Positions 33,011 to 42,074 of a DNA stretch of 64,000 nt are shown piece after piece. The stretch's first letter is position 1; the number at the start of each line of letters is the position of its first letter. Both the position numbers and the translations under genes were made by a program. The notes beneath the pieces were generated by a model. The model saw only the letters and a program-made list of their open reading frames with translations. It made no database searches and was not told the origin of the DNA. The stretch is from an uncultured Cytophagales bacterium (GTDB taxonomy: Bacteria > Bacteroidota > Bacteroidia > Cytophagales > Cyclobacteriaceae), in assembly GCA_963832285.1 (NCBI GenBank), contig CAWHTP010000007.1, positions 43,998-107,997 of the forward strand, read 5' to 3'.

Positions 33011-33044
33011 AAGGCGTTTATGTATAACATAAACGCCTTTTTTT
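33011..33044 (+). terminator. rho-independent terminator of tonB
   Basis: 12-bp stem AAGGCGTTTATG / CATAAACGCCTT with a 5-nt loop, followed by a T-run. Confidence 0.8.
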
Positions 33045-33078
33045 ATGGATAATATCTTAGTGTTACCCTGTTTGAATT

Positions 33079-33216
33079 GCTAAGAGTAGCAATAAGGTCG
33101 GTACGTTGAAAACGTCAGACCTGCTTGGTGATTGTAAAGCAAATCGTTTTGTTAATGGTGCCTTGAGCAAACACCATGTCTGACCTCTACTAGGTACCGA
33201 CATTAGGCAGGTTGAG
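33079..33216 (+). ncRNA. candidate structured ncRNA, unit 1 (unknown family)
   Basis: Nested inverted repeats. P0 is GCTA-AGAG-TAGC. P1 pairs GTCGGTAC (33097..33104) with GTACCGAC (33194..33201). P2 is the hairpin ACGTT-GAA-AACGT. P3 pairs GTCAGAC (33114..33120) with GTCTGAC (33178..33184). Two further hairpins are GATT-N8-AATC and ATGGTG-N11-CACCAT. The strand is inferred only from promoter-like boxes in the spacers. Confidence 0.4.
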
Positions 33217-33285
33217 CAAGCCGTGGCCACGAAATCTTGAGTTGCTAACTTCCTATTATTAGTAAAATTGTAATTGATATAGATC

Positions 33286-33423
33286 GCTACTTATAGCAAT
33301 AAGGTCGGTACGTTGAAAACGTCAGACCTGCTTTGTGATTGTTAAGCAAATCGTTTTGTTAATGGTACCTTGAGCAAACACCATGTCTGCCCTCTACGAG
33401 GTACCGACATTAGGCAGGTTGAG
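33286..33423 (+). ncRNA. candidate structured ncRNA, unit 2
   Basis: Same architecture as unit 1. It is preceded by GTTG-N18-TAAAATTG (the -7-like box is at 33263..33270). The P0 loop changes to CTTA while the stem is retained. Confidence 0.4.
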
Positions 33424-33492
33424 CAAGCCGTGGATACGAAATTTTGAGTTGCCATCTTCCTATTATTAGTAAAATTGTAATTGATATAGATT

Positions 33493-33630
33493 GCTATTTA
33501 TAGCAATAAGGTCGGCACGTTGGAAACGTCAGACCTGCTTGGTGATTATACAGCGAATCGTTTTGTTAATGGTACCTTGAGCAAACACCATGTCTGACCT
33601 CTACGAGGTACCGACATTAGGCAGGTTGAG
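33493..33630 (+). ncRNA. candidate structured ncRNA, unit 3
   Basis: Same architecture. It is preceded by TAAAATTG at 33470..33477. The P0 loop is TTTA and the GATT/AATC hairpin loop changes to ATACAGCG while the stems are retained. Confidence 0.4.
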
Positions 33631-33688
33631 GTAATCAAAACAATCCAGGATATATCTTCCCATTTGATTACTTGATTAAATAAGTAAC

Positions 33689-33707
33689 CCGATAAAATTG
33701 TTATCGG
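33689..33707 (-). terminator. possible terminator of the DUF1343 gene
   Basis: CCGATAA / TTATCGG stem with a 5-nt loop, 24 nt downstream of the stop on the minus strand. The following tract is only moderately T-rich. Confidence 0.35.
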
Positions 33708-33730
33708 AAAACGCACCAATAGCATGCTAC

Positions 33731-34921
33731 TTAGTCTTTGTACAATAAATATTGCTTTCGCATGGCTTTGTATGCTGCTAAATCAGCTTGCCAGCTTAGT
33801 TTAATATCTTCTTCAGAAAAACCTGATTCAATTTGTTTTCTCAATGTCTCATTACCGGCTAGTTTGGTAAAAAATGTATTGAAAAATGCCGGCTTATCAG
33901 GAAATGTATTGTAGAAGTCAATGAGGTAAGTAAGATTAAAACCTTCCTGATATGGTTTGCTATCGAAGAAAATGCCGTAGCAGGTCTCATTTTCGAGCGG
34001 AGGATACTTCGCCCCCTCTGTACTAACCGGCAGAAAACTCTGCCTATAATGATCTTCCAATGCAGGATGTCCTATTTGTTGGAAAGGCTTGTCCGTTCCT
34101 CTGCCTACACTTATAACCGTTCCTTCAAAAAGACACAATGACGGATAGAGTGCAATACTTAAGTCGTTCGGCAAGTTGGGCGAGGGCTTTATAGGCAGAC
34201 TGTATTTCATCTGATGATTATAGTTTTTGACAGGAATTACAGTTAAATCGCAGCTCTGACTATTCTCCAACCATCCCTCTCTATTAATCATTTGGGCAAG
34301 CTCGCCTACTGTTAAACCGTGCAATAGGGGTATTTGGTGCATCCCCACAAATGATTGGTACTGTAGGTCCAAAACAGGCCCTTCCACATACATGCCATTT
34401 GGGTTTGGCCTATCAAGTACAATAAAGCTTTTATTATTTTCAGCACAAGCTTCCATCACATAGTGCATGGTGCTTATGTATGTATAAAACCGGACGCCTA
34501 CATCTTGTATGTCAAAAACAACGAGGTCAATATCAGCCAGCATTTCAGTTGAAGGTTTTTTATTTTTTCCATAAAGAGATAGAATGGGTAAGCCACTTTT
34601 TTCGTCAATACCATTTTTAATGATGGCCCCGGCATCGGCCTTTCCTCTAAAGCCATGCTCAGGTGCAAATACTTTTTTAATCGTAACGCCTAATGCTAAA
34701 AGACTATCAACTAAGTGTGTAGTGCCAATGGTTGATGTCTGGTTTACTACCAGTGCCACATTTTTGTTTTCAAGCAGGGGTAAGTAAGCTTCCGTTTGCT
34801 CAGCAGCCAAGATAATATTTTCTACTTTTTGTGAAATGCAGCTGCTATGTATTAATAAAAAAAATAGCACAGTAAGCATCAGTTCTTTACTAATGATATT
34901 GTAATTTGCCAATTGTATCAT
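33731..34921 (-). CDS. DUF1343 domain protein (NamZ-like exo-beta-N-acetylmuramidase family)
   Basis: VALVVNQTS...VFAPEHGFRG..., DLVVFDIQDVGVRFYTYISTM and VLDRPNP motifs. The start was trimmed to MIQLANY... at 34921. Confidence 0.75.
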   Translation of the reverse strand: MIQLANYNIISKELMLTVLFFLLIHSSCISQKVENIILAAEQTEAYLPLLENKNVALVVNQTSTIGTTHLVDSLLALGVTIKKVFAPEHGFRGKADAGAIIKNGIDEKSGLPILSLYGKNKKPSTEMLADIDLVVFDIQDVGVRFYTYISTMHYVMEACAENNKSFIVLDRPNPNGMYVEGPVLDLQYQSFVGMHQIPLLHGLTVGELAQMINREGWLENSQSCDLTVIPVKNYNHQMKYSLPIKPSPNLPNDLSIALYPSLCLFEGTVISVGRGTDKPFQQIGHPALEDHYRQSFLPVSTEGAKYPPLENETCYGIFFDSKPYQEGFNLTYLIDFYNTFPDKPAFFNTFFTKLAGNETLRKQIESGFSEEDIKLSWQADLAAYKAMRKQYLLYKD

Positions 34922-34943
34922 AAAGTAAAAATAGCAGTTATTC

Positions 34944-36161
34944 TTGAATTTACCTGATTTTATAGCCAAACGAACCATAAATGCAAAGGGTGGAGCGTTT
35001 TCCGGAAGCATTTATAGAATTGCCGTAAGCAGCGTGGCTATTGGCTTGGCTGTCATGCTTGTGTCTATCCTAATATTGGGTGGCTTCCGTCAGGAAATTG
35101 CCAATAAAATTTATGGTTTTACCGGCCACTTGCAAGTATCCAAATATACCTTGACAAACTCATTTGAAACTTCCCCCACCACCACGGATAGCGACTTTTA
35201 TCACAATTGGCACGAGCTGGATTACCTACAAAACGTACATGTTTTTGCTTATAAGGCGGGTTTGCTTAAAGCGAAAGAGGCCGTAGAAGGTGTTATTATT
35301 AAAGGTGTAGGGCTCGATTTTGATACCCTTAGCTTTAATCAAAACCTGATAAAAGGCAGATTCCCTATATTAGATACTGAAACCTATTCAACAGAGGTAG
35401 TGATTAGCCAGAAGCTAGCCAATCTTTTGCAAATTAGGCTTCGTGACAAAGTGCTAATGTATTTTGTGCAAAACCCACCACGTTACAGGCAATTGACGGT
35501 TACAGGAATATTCCAAACCGGATTGGAGGAATTTGATGAGCGGATTATTATAGGGGACATTAAAATGATACAGCGACTCAATGATTGGGACGATGACCAG
35601 GTAGGGGGCTATGAGGTTTTTTTGAAACCCGGAGCAAATCATGAGGAGGCTGAACTAGCAGTTTTTGATAAGGTAAATACAGACCAGTTTGTGAATAGTA
35701 CTAAAGAACGTTATAGCCAATATTTCGAGTGGCTGGACTTGTTGAATCAAAATGTGAGGGTTTTTTTGGCACTCATTCTTTTTGTGGCTTGCTTTAACAT
35801 GGCCGCGGTGCTTTTTATACTAATTATGGAGCGCACTAATATGATTGGTCTGCTGAAAGCTGTAGGTGCCGACAACGGCTTAATCAGAAAAATATTCTAT
35901 TACAGTGGTTTAAGGTTAACATTGCGGGGTATTATTTATGGCAATGCACTGGCACTAGGCCTGGCCTTTGTGCAGTATCACTTCAAAATAATTCCGCTCG
36001 ATGCGGAGAACTACTATATGAGCTTTGTTCCAATTCTCTGGGATTTTAAAGCCATATTGATAATTAACTTCTCGGTATTTATTTTAATTGGATTGGCCTT
36101 AACCCTGCCTACTTTTTTAGTAACCGGAATGAAACCAATTAAAGCTATTAAATTCGATTAG
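34944..36161 (+). CDS. ABC transporter permease, LolC/E (FtsX-like) family
   Basis: N-terminus (M)NLPDFIAKR... with an apparent TTG start, a large periplasmic MacB-like loop and a C-terminal FtsX region with 3 TM segments. Confidence 0.8.
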   Translation: MNLPDFIAKRTINAKGGAFSGSIYRIAVSSVAIGLAVMLVSILILGGFRQEIANKIYGFTGHLQVSKYTLTNSFETSPTTTDSDFYHNWHELDYLQNVHVFAYKAGLLKAKEAVEGVIIKGVGLDFDTLSFNQNLIKGRFPILDTETYSTEVVISQKLANLLQIRLRDKVLMYFVQNPPRYRQLTVTGIFQTGLEEFDERIIIGDIKMIQRLNDWDDDQVGGYEVFLKPGANHEEAELAVFDKVNTDQFVNSTKERYSQYFEWLDLLNQNVRVFLALILFVACFNMAAVLFILIMERTNMIGLLKAVGADNGLIRKIFYYSGLRLTLRGIIYGNALALGLAFVQYHFKIIPLDAENYYMSFVPILWDFKAILIINFSVFILIGLALTLPTFLVTGMKPIKAIKFD

Positions 36162-36910
36162 TCTTTATGAACAATGGTTGAAGCAGCCTGAGCCGTGGGA
36201 AATATCAAAACATCAGCTAAGTTTACATGCGCTGGCCTGGTGGCCATATAAAGAATTAGATCTGCAATGTCTTCAGCCTGTAGGGCTTCAAATTTTTTGT
36301 ATACTTGCTTTGACCTTGATTCATCTCCTTTAAAGCGTACTAGTGAAAACTCGGTTTCTACCAGTCCCGGTGCTACTTGCGACACTTTGATGTTGTGCTT
36401 ATTCAAGTCCAAACGCATAGAGCTGTTAATGGCATCTACCGCATGTTTGGAGGCGCAGTACACATTGCCATTAGGGTAGGTTTCTCGGCCGGCCACAGAT
36501 CCAATGTTAATAATGTGCCCGTGTTGCTGCGTAATCATTCGTTTTACAATGGGTTGACTAACATAGAGTAGGCCCTTTACGTTAATATCAATCATGGCAT
36601 TCCAGTCGTCCATATTAGCATCTTCAAATGATGCCAGTCCATGGGCGTTGCCAGCATTGTTAATGAGTAAATCAATCTGCTCAAATGCCGGTGGTAGTGA
36701 AGAGATGGCCTCACTTGTTGCCTGCTGATTGCTTACATCGAAGCAAAGGGTATGTATAGTAGTATGTGGCTCTAATGCTGCCTTGAGTTCATCCAGTCTT
36801 TCTTGCCTACGTCCTGTAGCAATTATATTAAATCCGTTTTTACCTAATAGCGTAGCCGTTGCTCTGCCAATGCCTGAGGTAGCGCCTGTTATAAATGCTG
36901 TTTTTTTCAT
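36158..36910 (-). CDS. SDR-family NAD(P)-dependent oxidoreductase (YdfG-like)
   Basis: TGATSGIG cofactor motif, NNAG, and catalytic YCASKHAV (YxxxK). Confidence 0.85.
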   Translation of the reverse strand: MKKTAFITGATSGIGRATATLLGKNGFNIIATGRRQERLDELKAALEPHTTIHTLCFDVSNQQATSEAISSLPPAFEQIDLLINNAGNAHGLASFEDANMDDWNAMIDINVKGLLYVSQPIVKRMITQQHGHIINIGSVAGRETYPNGNVYCASKHAVDAINSSMRLDLNKHNIKVSQVAPGLVETEFSLVRFKGDESRSKQVYKKFEALQAEDIADLILYMATRPAHVNLADVLIFPTAQAASTIVHKD

Positions 36911-36921
36911 ATAAAAATAGT

Positions 36922-37770
36922 TTATTTTTCTGCAGTGGTAAACCTGTCTTTACCTTGCATGTCTTTTATGAGTTTTACGTTTTTAAAATTTAATCTGGTC
37001 AAAAGTTGTAACACCTCATTTCCGAAACGCTCATTAATTTCGAAGTACAACACGCCACTCTCCACTAAATATTCTGCTGCTTTTTTGGCAATGATCTCGT
37101 AAAAAATGAGCGGCTTTTCGTCTTGAACAAATAATGCCATTGCAGGATCAAAATTTAGCACCTTATCATCCATACTTGCACGCTCTGCATGGGTAACATA
37201 GGGCGGATTGCTAATAATGAGCTGCGCATCTTGTAAGTAAGCGCTTTCTGATGAAAGTATATCAGACTCGATAAAATTTACATCGGCATTATTCAAAAGC
37301 GCATTACGTTTTGCTGTAGCCAATGCAGCCGTACTTACATCAATACCAATTACTTGATTATTAGGCATTTCTTTTTTGAGTGTAATCGGGATAATACCCG
37401 AACCGGTTCCTATATCAACTATTTTAGAATCTTCTAAATGTTTATTGCTTTGCAGTATCAAGTCTACCAGCTCTTCGGTCTCCTGCCTGGGAATCAGCAC
37501 GTTTTTATTCACCAGAAACTTACGCCCATAAAATTCTACATGCCCAATTACATGCTGTACCGGCTCCTTCTTTAATAGCCGTTGCAAGTAGGTATTTAAG
37601 GTTGATTCATGCGCTGCATAATCGGTTATAAACTTATCAATCAGTAAGTCAGTTCTGGAAACTGTAAATAGATCATCTAATATTAAATAGGTAATGCTCT
37701 CTGCTTCAGCAGCATTTTCTATTTTGCTTAATTTTACCCTGATGCTATTAAAAAGTTGCTTTGAACGCAT
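36922..37770 (-). CDS. prmC: peptide chain release factor N5-glutamine methyltransferase
   Basis: VLIPRQETE, the SAM-binding motif DIGTGSG, and the catalytic motif NPPY (IISNPPYV). Confidence 0.9.
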   Translation of the reverse strand: MRSKQLFNSIRVKLSKIENAAEAESITYLILDDLFTVSRTDLLIDKFITDYAAHESTLNTYLQRLLKKEPVQHVIGHVEFYGRKFLVNKNVLIPRQETEELVDLILQSNKHLEDSKIVDIGTGSGIIPITLKKEMPNNQVIGIDVSTAALATAKRNALLNNADVNFIESDILSSESAYLQDAQLIISNPPYVTHAERASMDDKVLNFDPAMALFVQDEKPLIFYEIIAKKAAEYLVESGVLYFEINERFGNEVLQLLTRLNFKNVKLIKDMQGKDRFTTAEK

Positions 37771-37894
37771 TACTTAAAATTACAATTTTAAACAAATTTT
37801 TAGCGCCAGCTTCTGCATAAATTTTCGGCACTTCTGCTAGTGTTTTCAAAGTTTACTTTTACGAGTTTGTTTATTGACTACAAGTAAAATTAAT

Positions 37895-37902
37895 TAATTT
37901 TG
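37895..37902 (+). promoter_or_regulatory. -7 box TAATTTTG with an upstream TTG at 37874..37876
   Basis: TAnnTTTG match 6 nt before the ribD ATG, with a TTG 18 nt upstream of the box. Confidence 0.45.
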
Positions 37903-37907
37903 CCGTC

Positions 37908-38943
37908 ATGCATTCAGCTGATGAAAAATTTATGTTTCGTGCTATTGAGCTTGCCAAATTAGGAAGACCAACATGCAGCCCGAACCCCATGGTAGGCTGT
38001 GTTATTGTGCGGCAAAACCAAATCATAGGAGAGGGGTGGCACAAAAAAGCGGGTGAGCCACATGCCGAGGTTAATGCCATTAATGCGGTTGAGAATCCTA
38101 ATGAGCTATCTGAAGCTACTGCCTATGTTACATTGGAGCCATGTGCCCATGTTGGCAAAACTCCGCCTTGTGCCGATTTACTTATACAAAAGGGATTAAA
38201 AAAAGTGGTAATAGGTTGTACAGATCCTAACCCGCTTGTGGCAAGCAAAGGGATTAAGAAATTAGAAGATGCCGGTATAGAGGTAGTGGTTGGCTTTTTA
38301 AAAGCGGAGTGTGTTTCGCTTAATGAAATCTTTTTTCATTCCATACAACACCACAGACCTTATGTGGTGTTAAAATGGGCACAAACTGCAGATAATTTTG
38401 TGGCGCGGACAAACTACGACTCAAAGTGGATAAGCAATGAGCAGTCGCGGCAGTTGGTTCACAAATGGCGGAGTGAGCTTGATGCCATTTTAGTGGGCAA
38501 AAATACGGTCTTATATGATAACCCTTCCTTAACCACTCGAGAGTGGGCAGGTAAAAATCCGCTAAGGGTAGTTATTGATCATAAACTCGCGCTAGATTCA
38601 TCGTTCAAATTATTTGATTGTTCCACAACAACTTTGATTTATAACGAGCTGAAATCGGAAAGGCAGAAGGGCTTAGAATATATAAAAATTACCGGTGCTC
38701 ATTTTTTGGAAAATTTATTAGACAAGTTTACACAATAGAAATATACGCTCGTTGTTAGTGGAGGGCGGTACGCATACGTTGCAGCAGTTTATTGACAGCG
38801 GCTTTTGGAATGAAGCCCGGATTTTTACCGCTCAAAATACATTTGAGGGAGGGATTGCTGCCCCTGAACTTAGCAACAAAACACTCGTTGCAAACCATAC
38901 TGTTGGCAGCGACCAATTGACAATCTATAAAAAAATAGCATAA
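37908..38943 (+). pseudogene. ribD: bifunctional riboflavin biosynthesis deaminase/reductase RibD, split by an apparent 1-nt insertion at T-run 38727..38729
   Basis: Deaminase motif HAEVNA...EPCAHVGKTPPC. ORF 1 ends ..LLDKFTQ*. The next frame reads LHNRNIRSLLVEGGTHTLQQFIDSGFWNEARIF, the expected RibD reductase C-terminus. Deleting one T restores ..LLDKLHNRNIRSLLVEGG... Confidence 0.85.
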
Positions 38944-38944
38944 C

Positions 38945-39427
38945 ATGTCCGAGAGTTTAGTACTGGATAAAAACGAGTCGAAAGAAGTAATTTATATATC
39001 GCTGCTACCTCAAATAAAAGCACTCACTGCGGGTGAGTCTGATGTTATTGCAAACTTGGCTAACATTAGCGCAGCTTTGCAAGAAGCCTTTGACTTTTTT
39101 TGGGTGGGCTTTTATTTGGTGAAGGGTGAACAGCTTGTACTAGGTCCTTTTCAAGGACCAATTGCCTGTACCAGAATTGTAAAGGGTAAAGGTGTTTGCG
39201 GCACAGTTTGGGCGAACGGAGAAAGTATTATAGTTCCTGATGTTGATGCCTTTCCCGGCCATATTGCTTGTAGCTCAGCTTCAAAATCAGAAATAGTTGT
39301 GCCGGCATTTAAGAATGGCCAGGTTGCGTTGGTGCTGGATGTTGATAGCGATGTGCTTGATAATTTTAATGAAATAGATCAGCAATACCTCGAAGAGTTG
39401 ATGGCGCACGTAGCTACTTTTCTTTAA
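38945..39427 (+). CDS. GAF domain protein (YebR/MsrC-like free methionine-R-sulfoxide reductase family)
   Basis: 160-aa single GAF domain with WVGFYL, GPFQG and KGKGVCG motifs. Confidence 0.75.
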   Translation: MSESLVLDKNESKEVIYISLLPQIKALTAGESDVIANLANISAALQEAFDFFWVGFYLVKGEQLVLGPFQGPIACTRIVKGKGVCGTVWANGESIIVPDVDAFPGHIACSSASKSEIVVPAFKNGQVALVLDVDSDVLDNFNEIDQQYLEELMAHVATFL

Positions 39428-39550
39428 TTTTTTTTTGTAACCGCTGCGTTAGTTTTTACAAAAAAGAGTATATCAATCCTCACTATTCTACAACATATCA
39501 AAATATTTTATAAATTGATTTTTATAATCAAAACCACCTAAAAGTAGTAC

Positions 39551-40888
39551 ATGGCAACAGCTAAAAAAGTAAAAAAGGTATTCGTTCTTGATACCTCAGT
39601 AATAATATTCTCACACGATTCCGTTTTAAATTTTGCCGAACACGATGTAGCCATCCCCATAACAGTTTTGGAGGAGTTAGATCAGTTTAAAAAGGGAAAT
39701 GACACCAAAAATTTTGAAGCCCGAGAGTTCATTAGATTTATAGATAAGTTAGCAAAAGGTCAATCGCTTAGCGATTGGATACCATTAAATGGTAAGACTA
39801 AAGGAAAGGTGAAAGTATTGATGCCAAGTCTTTCTCCAATAGATACGGATGCTATTTTTCTCGAGGATATTCCAGACCATAAAATTTTGGGTAGCGCGCT
39901 GCAGCTGCAAAAGGAACTGAAGGATAGGCCTGTTATTTTAGTAACTAAGGATATTAATTTGCGCCTTAAAGCTAAGAGCTGTGGCTTGAATGCGGAGGAC
40001 TACCAAACCGGTAAAATAAAAGATGTATCGGATCTTCACTCGGGAAAAAAGCAGCTAGAAAACGTTACTGCCGAAACGGTTGATGAGCTTTACGACAACT
40101 ACCATTGCAGCGCCAAAAAAGTACTCGGCAAGCAAAAACCTGTGAACAACACTTTTTACATCATTAAAAGTGATAAAAACTCAGCTTTGGGTTTCTATAA
40201 TGCCATAACCAAGCAGGTGGATAAAGTGGAAAAGAAGCCTGTATATGGTGTGAAACCAAAAAATGCGGAACAGGCTTTTGCCATCCATGCTTTGCTTAAC
40301 CCCGATATAAAGTTAATTACTATACAAGGTGTTGCCGGAACGGGTAAAACCTTATTAGCCTTGGCTTCAGCGCTGGAACAGCGCAAAGAATTCAAACAGA
40401 TTTATTTAGCCAGGCCAATTGTGCCACTTTCCAACAAAGACATTGGCTTTTTGCCAGGCGATATTAAAAGCAAGTTAAATCCTTACATGGAACCCTTGTG
40501 GGATAACCTGAAGTTCATTCAACATCAGTTTCAAGAGCATGAGCGCGAATTTCTTAACATAACGGATATGGTTAATAAGGAGAAGTTGATGATTCAGCCT
40601 TTGGCGTACATAAGAGGCAGGAGTCTGTCCAACATTTATTTCATAGTTGATGAGGCGCAAAATTTAACCCCGCATGAGGTAAAAACCATTATTACCAGAG
40701 CCGGAGAAAATACTAAAATTATTTTTACAGGTGATGTAAACCAGATTGATACGCCTTATTTGGATTCGCAATCGAACGGACTCTCTTATTTGATTGACAA
40801 AGTGAAAGGGCACGAATTATATGCGCACATTACACTCGAAAAAGGGGAGCGGTCTGAATTGGCTAACTTGGCAAATGACGTTTTATAA
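39551..40888 (+). CDS. PhoH-family ATPase with N-terminal PIN domain (YlaK-like)
   Basis: The PIN-like N-terminus is FVLDTSVII. The Walker A motif is GVAGTGKT and the Walker B-like motif is YFIVDEAQN. Confidence 0.85.
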   Translation: MATAKKVKKVFVLDTSVIIFSHDSVLNFAEHDVAIPITVLEELDQFKKGNDTKNFEAREFIRFIDKLAKGQSLSDWIPLNGKTKGKVKVLMPSLSPIDTDAIFLEDIPDHKILGSALQLQKELKDRPVILVTKDINLRLKAKSCGLNAEDYQTGKIKDVSDLHSGKKQLENVTAETVDELYDNYHCSAKKVLGKQKPVNNTFYIIKSDKNSALGFYNAITKQVDKVEKKPVYGVKPKNAEQAFAIHALLNPDIKLITIQGVAGTGKTLLALASALEQRKEFKQIYLARPIVPLSNKDIGFLPGDIKSKLNPYMEPLWDNLKFIQHQFQEHEREFLNITDMVNKEKLMIQPLAYIRGRSLSNIYFIVDEAQNLTPHEVKTIITRAGENTKIIFTGDVNQIDTPYLDSQSNGLSYLIDKVKGHELYAHITLEKGERSELANLANDVL

Positions 40889-40949
40889 GTTTGCCTCGAG
40901 GCCGATTTCAGCGTCTAGTAAAATTGATCAATTAAACTTATAATACCAA

Positions 40950-42074
40950 TTAATTGCTCAGACTATAGCTTAATTTTGATCGTTCAATTTTATCCCTTTT
41001 AAGGCTATAGTAAACATCAAGTTTGCGGCTAAATGTATCAAGTTCTTGAGATACCAATTGTATATATTTACTGTACTCTTTAAAATCTTCGTCATTAGCA
41101 TCGGCAGATGCAATTAAATCAGACAGACCGACCAAGCTGGCAACAGGTCTTCGAAGTACATGCGATATATCAAAAGCAACCTGTTCCATCGCCTCTTCGT
41201 ACTCCTTTTGGGGCGTTATATCCTGAAAAGTACCGTACCAAACCACATCGTTATTTTCCATCTTTTCAGGTTTGGCTTTCCCTAAATGCCAGCTTGTATA
41301 GTGCTCATGAACCACTCGATATTCTATGACCCAATCGGTAAGATTATCGAAAGAATTTTTGATACTCTTAGTAAGGGTAGGCAAATCCTCGGGGTGTATA
41401 TGATTAAATGCCAATTCCGGATTTTTTCTAAGTATTTCTGGACTTAAGTCCGGGTGAAGTTCAGAAATTCCTTTGCTAACAAATTCCCAATCCATTTCAC
41501 CCTGTTCGGTCATTCTGAACTGATAGATAACGCAAGGTGCTAAATCTGTTAATTTTTTAATATTATCAATATTGGTTTCAATGTTTTTCTTTTGTTCCAG
41601 CAGCAGTTTCCTTGTGTTGAGATAATTTATAGCCTTTGCAGATAATATTCTCAAAATTTCAATCTGTTGTTTGGTTATTTTTCTGGGCTTGTTATCAATA
41701 ACGCAAAGAGTTCCTAAAACATGGCCTTCCGGAGTAACCAAAGGTGCCCCAGCATAAAACCTTATATTAGGATCACCCTTGACCAAAGCGCTATCCTTAA
41801 ACCTATCATCTTTAAAGGAGTCGCCTACTATTAAAATTTCTTCAGGAGTATTTAGCGCATGCTGGCAGAACGAATCTTTTCTATTTGTTTCGTTAATCGT
41901 AAGTCCGTTTTTTGCCTTAAACCATTGTCTTTCGGAATCAATAAAAGTGATTAACGATATGGGTGTGTTACATGCCAATGAGGCTATTCTCGCCAGGTCG
42001 TCAAGTTCTTTTTCGGGTGGTGTATCAAGAATTTGGTAGTCAAACAAATTCTGTAATCTGTCAAGTTCATTCAT
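40950..42074 (-). CDS. GAF-PAS sensor protein ending in a histidine-kinase-like H-box helix, with no ATPase domain
   Basis: N-terminal GAF (FCQHAL...FYAGAPL...G.LCVID), a central PAS-like region, and the H-box-like FDISHVLRRPVASLVGL. The protein ends about 60 aa later, with no N/G1/G2 boxes. Confidence 0.65.
   Translation of the reverse strand: MNELDRLQNLFDYQILDTPPEKELDDLARIASLACNTPISLITFIDSERQWFKAKNGLTINETNRKDSFCQHALNTPEEILIVGDSFKDDRFKDSALVKGDPNIRFYAGAPLVTPEGHVLGTLCVIDNKPRKITKQQIEILRILSAKAINYLNTRKLLLEQKKNIETNIDNIKKLTDLAPCVIYQFRMTEQGEMDWEFVSKGISELHPDLSPEILRKNPELAFNHIHPEDLPTLTKSIKNSFDNLTDWVIEYRVVHEHYTSWHLGKAKPEKMENNDVVWYGTFQDITPQKEYEEAMEQVAFDISHVLRRPVASLVGLSDLIASADANDEDFKEYSKYIQLVSQELDTFSRKLDVYYSLKRDKIERSKLSYSLSN

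Larger units (their letters stand above)
33079..33630. repeat. tandem array of three units with an exact 207-bp period (138-nt conserved core plus 69-nt spacer)
   Basis: Core landmarks recur at +207 and +414. The GCTA-N4-TAGC hairpin is at 33079, 33286 and 33493. GGTCGG(T/C)AC is at 33096, 33303 and 33510. The ...GCAGGTTGAG ends are at 33216, 33423 and 33630. No ORF of 60 aa or more on either strand. Confidence 0.9.

Noticed and set aside
33079-33630. Could the 207-bp tandem repeats be a CRISPR array or a repetitive protein-coding region (207 is divisible by 3)?
   Set aside because: The whole unit, spacer included, is repeated, so there are no unique spacers. The period is also far too long for CRISPR. 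All frames contain stops, and the ORF track has no ORF of 60 aa or more on either strand.
37771-37907. FMN (RFN) riboswitch upstream of ribD
   Set aside because: I found no RFN-like conserved core, and the spacer is short with the -7 box only 6 nt from the ATG.
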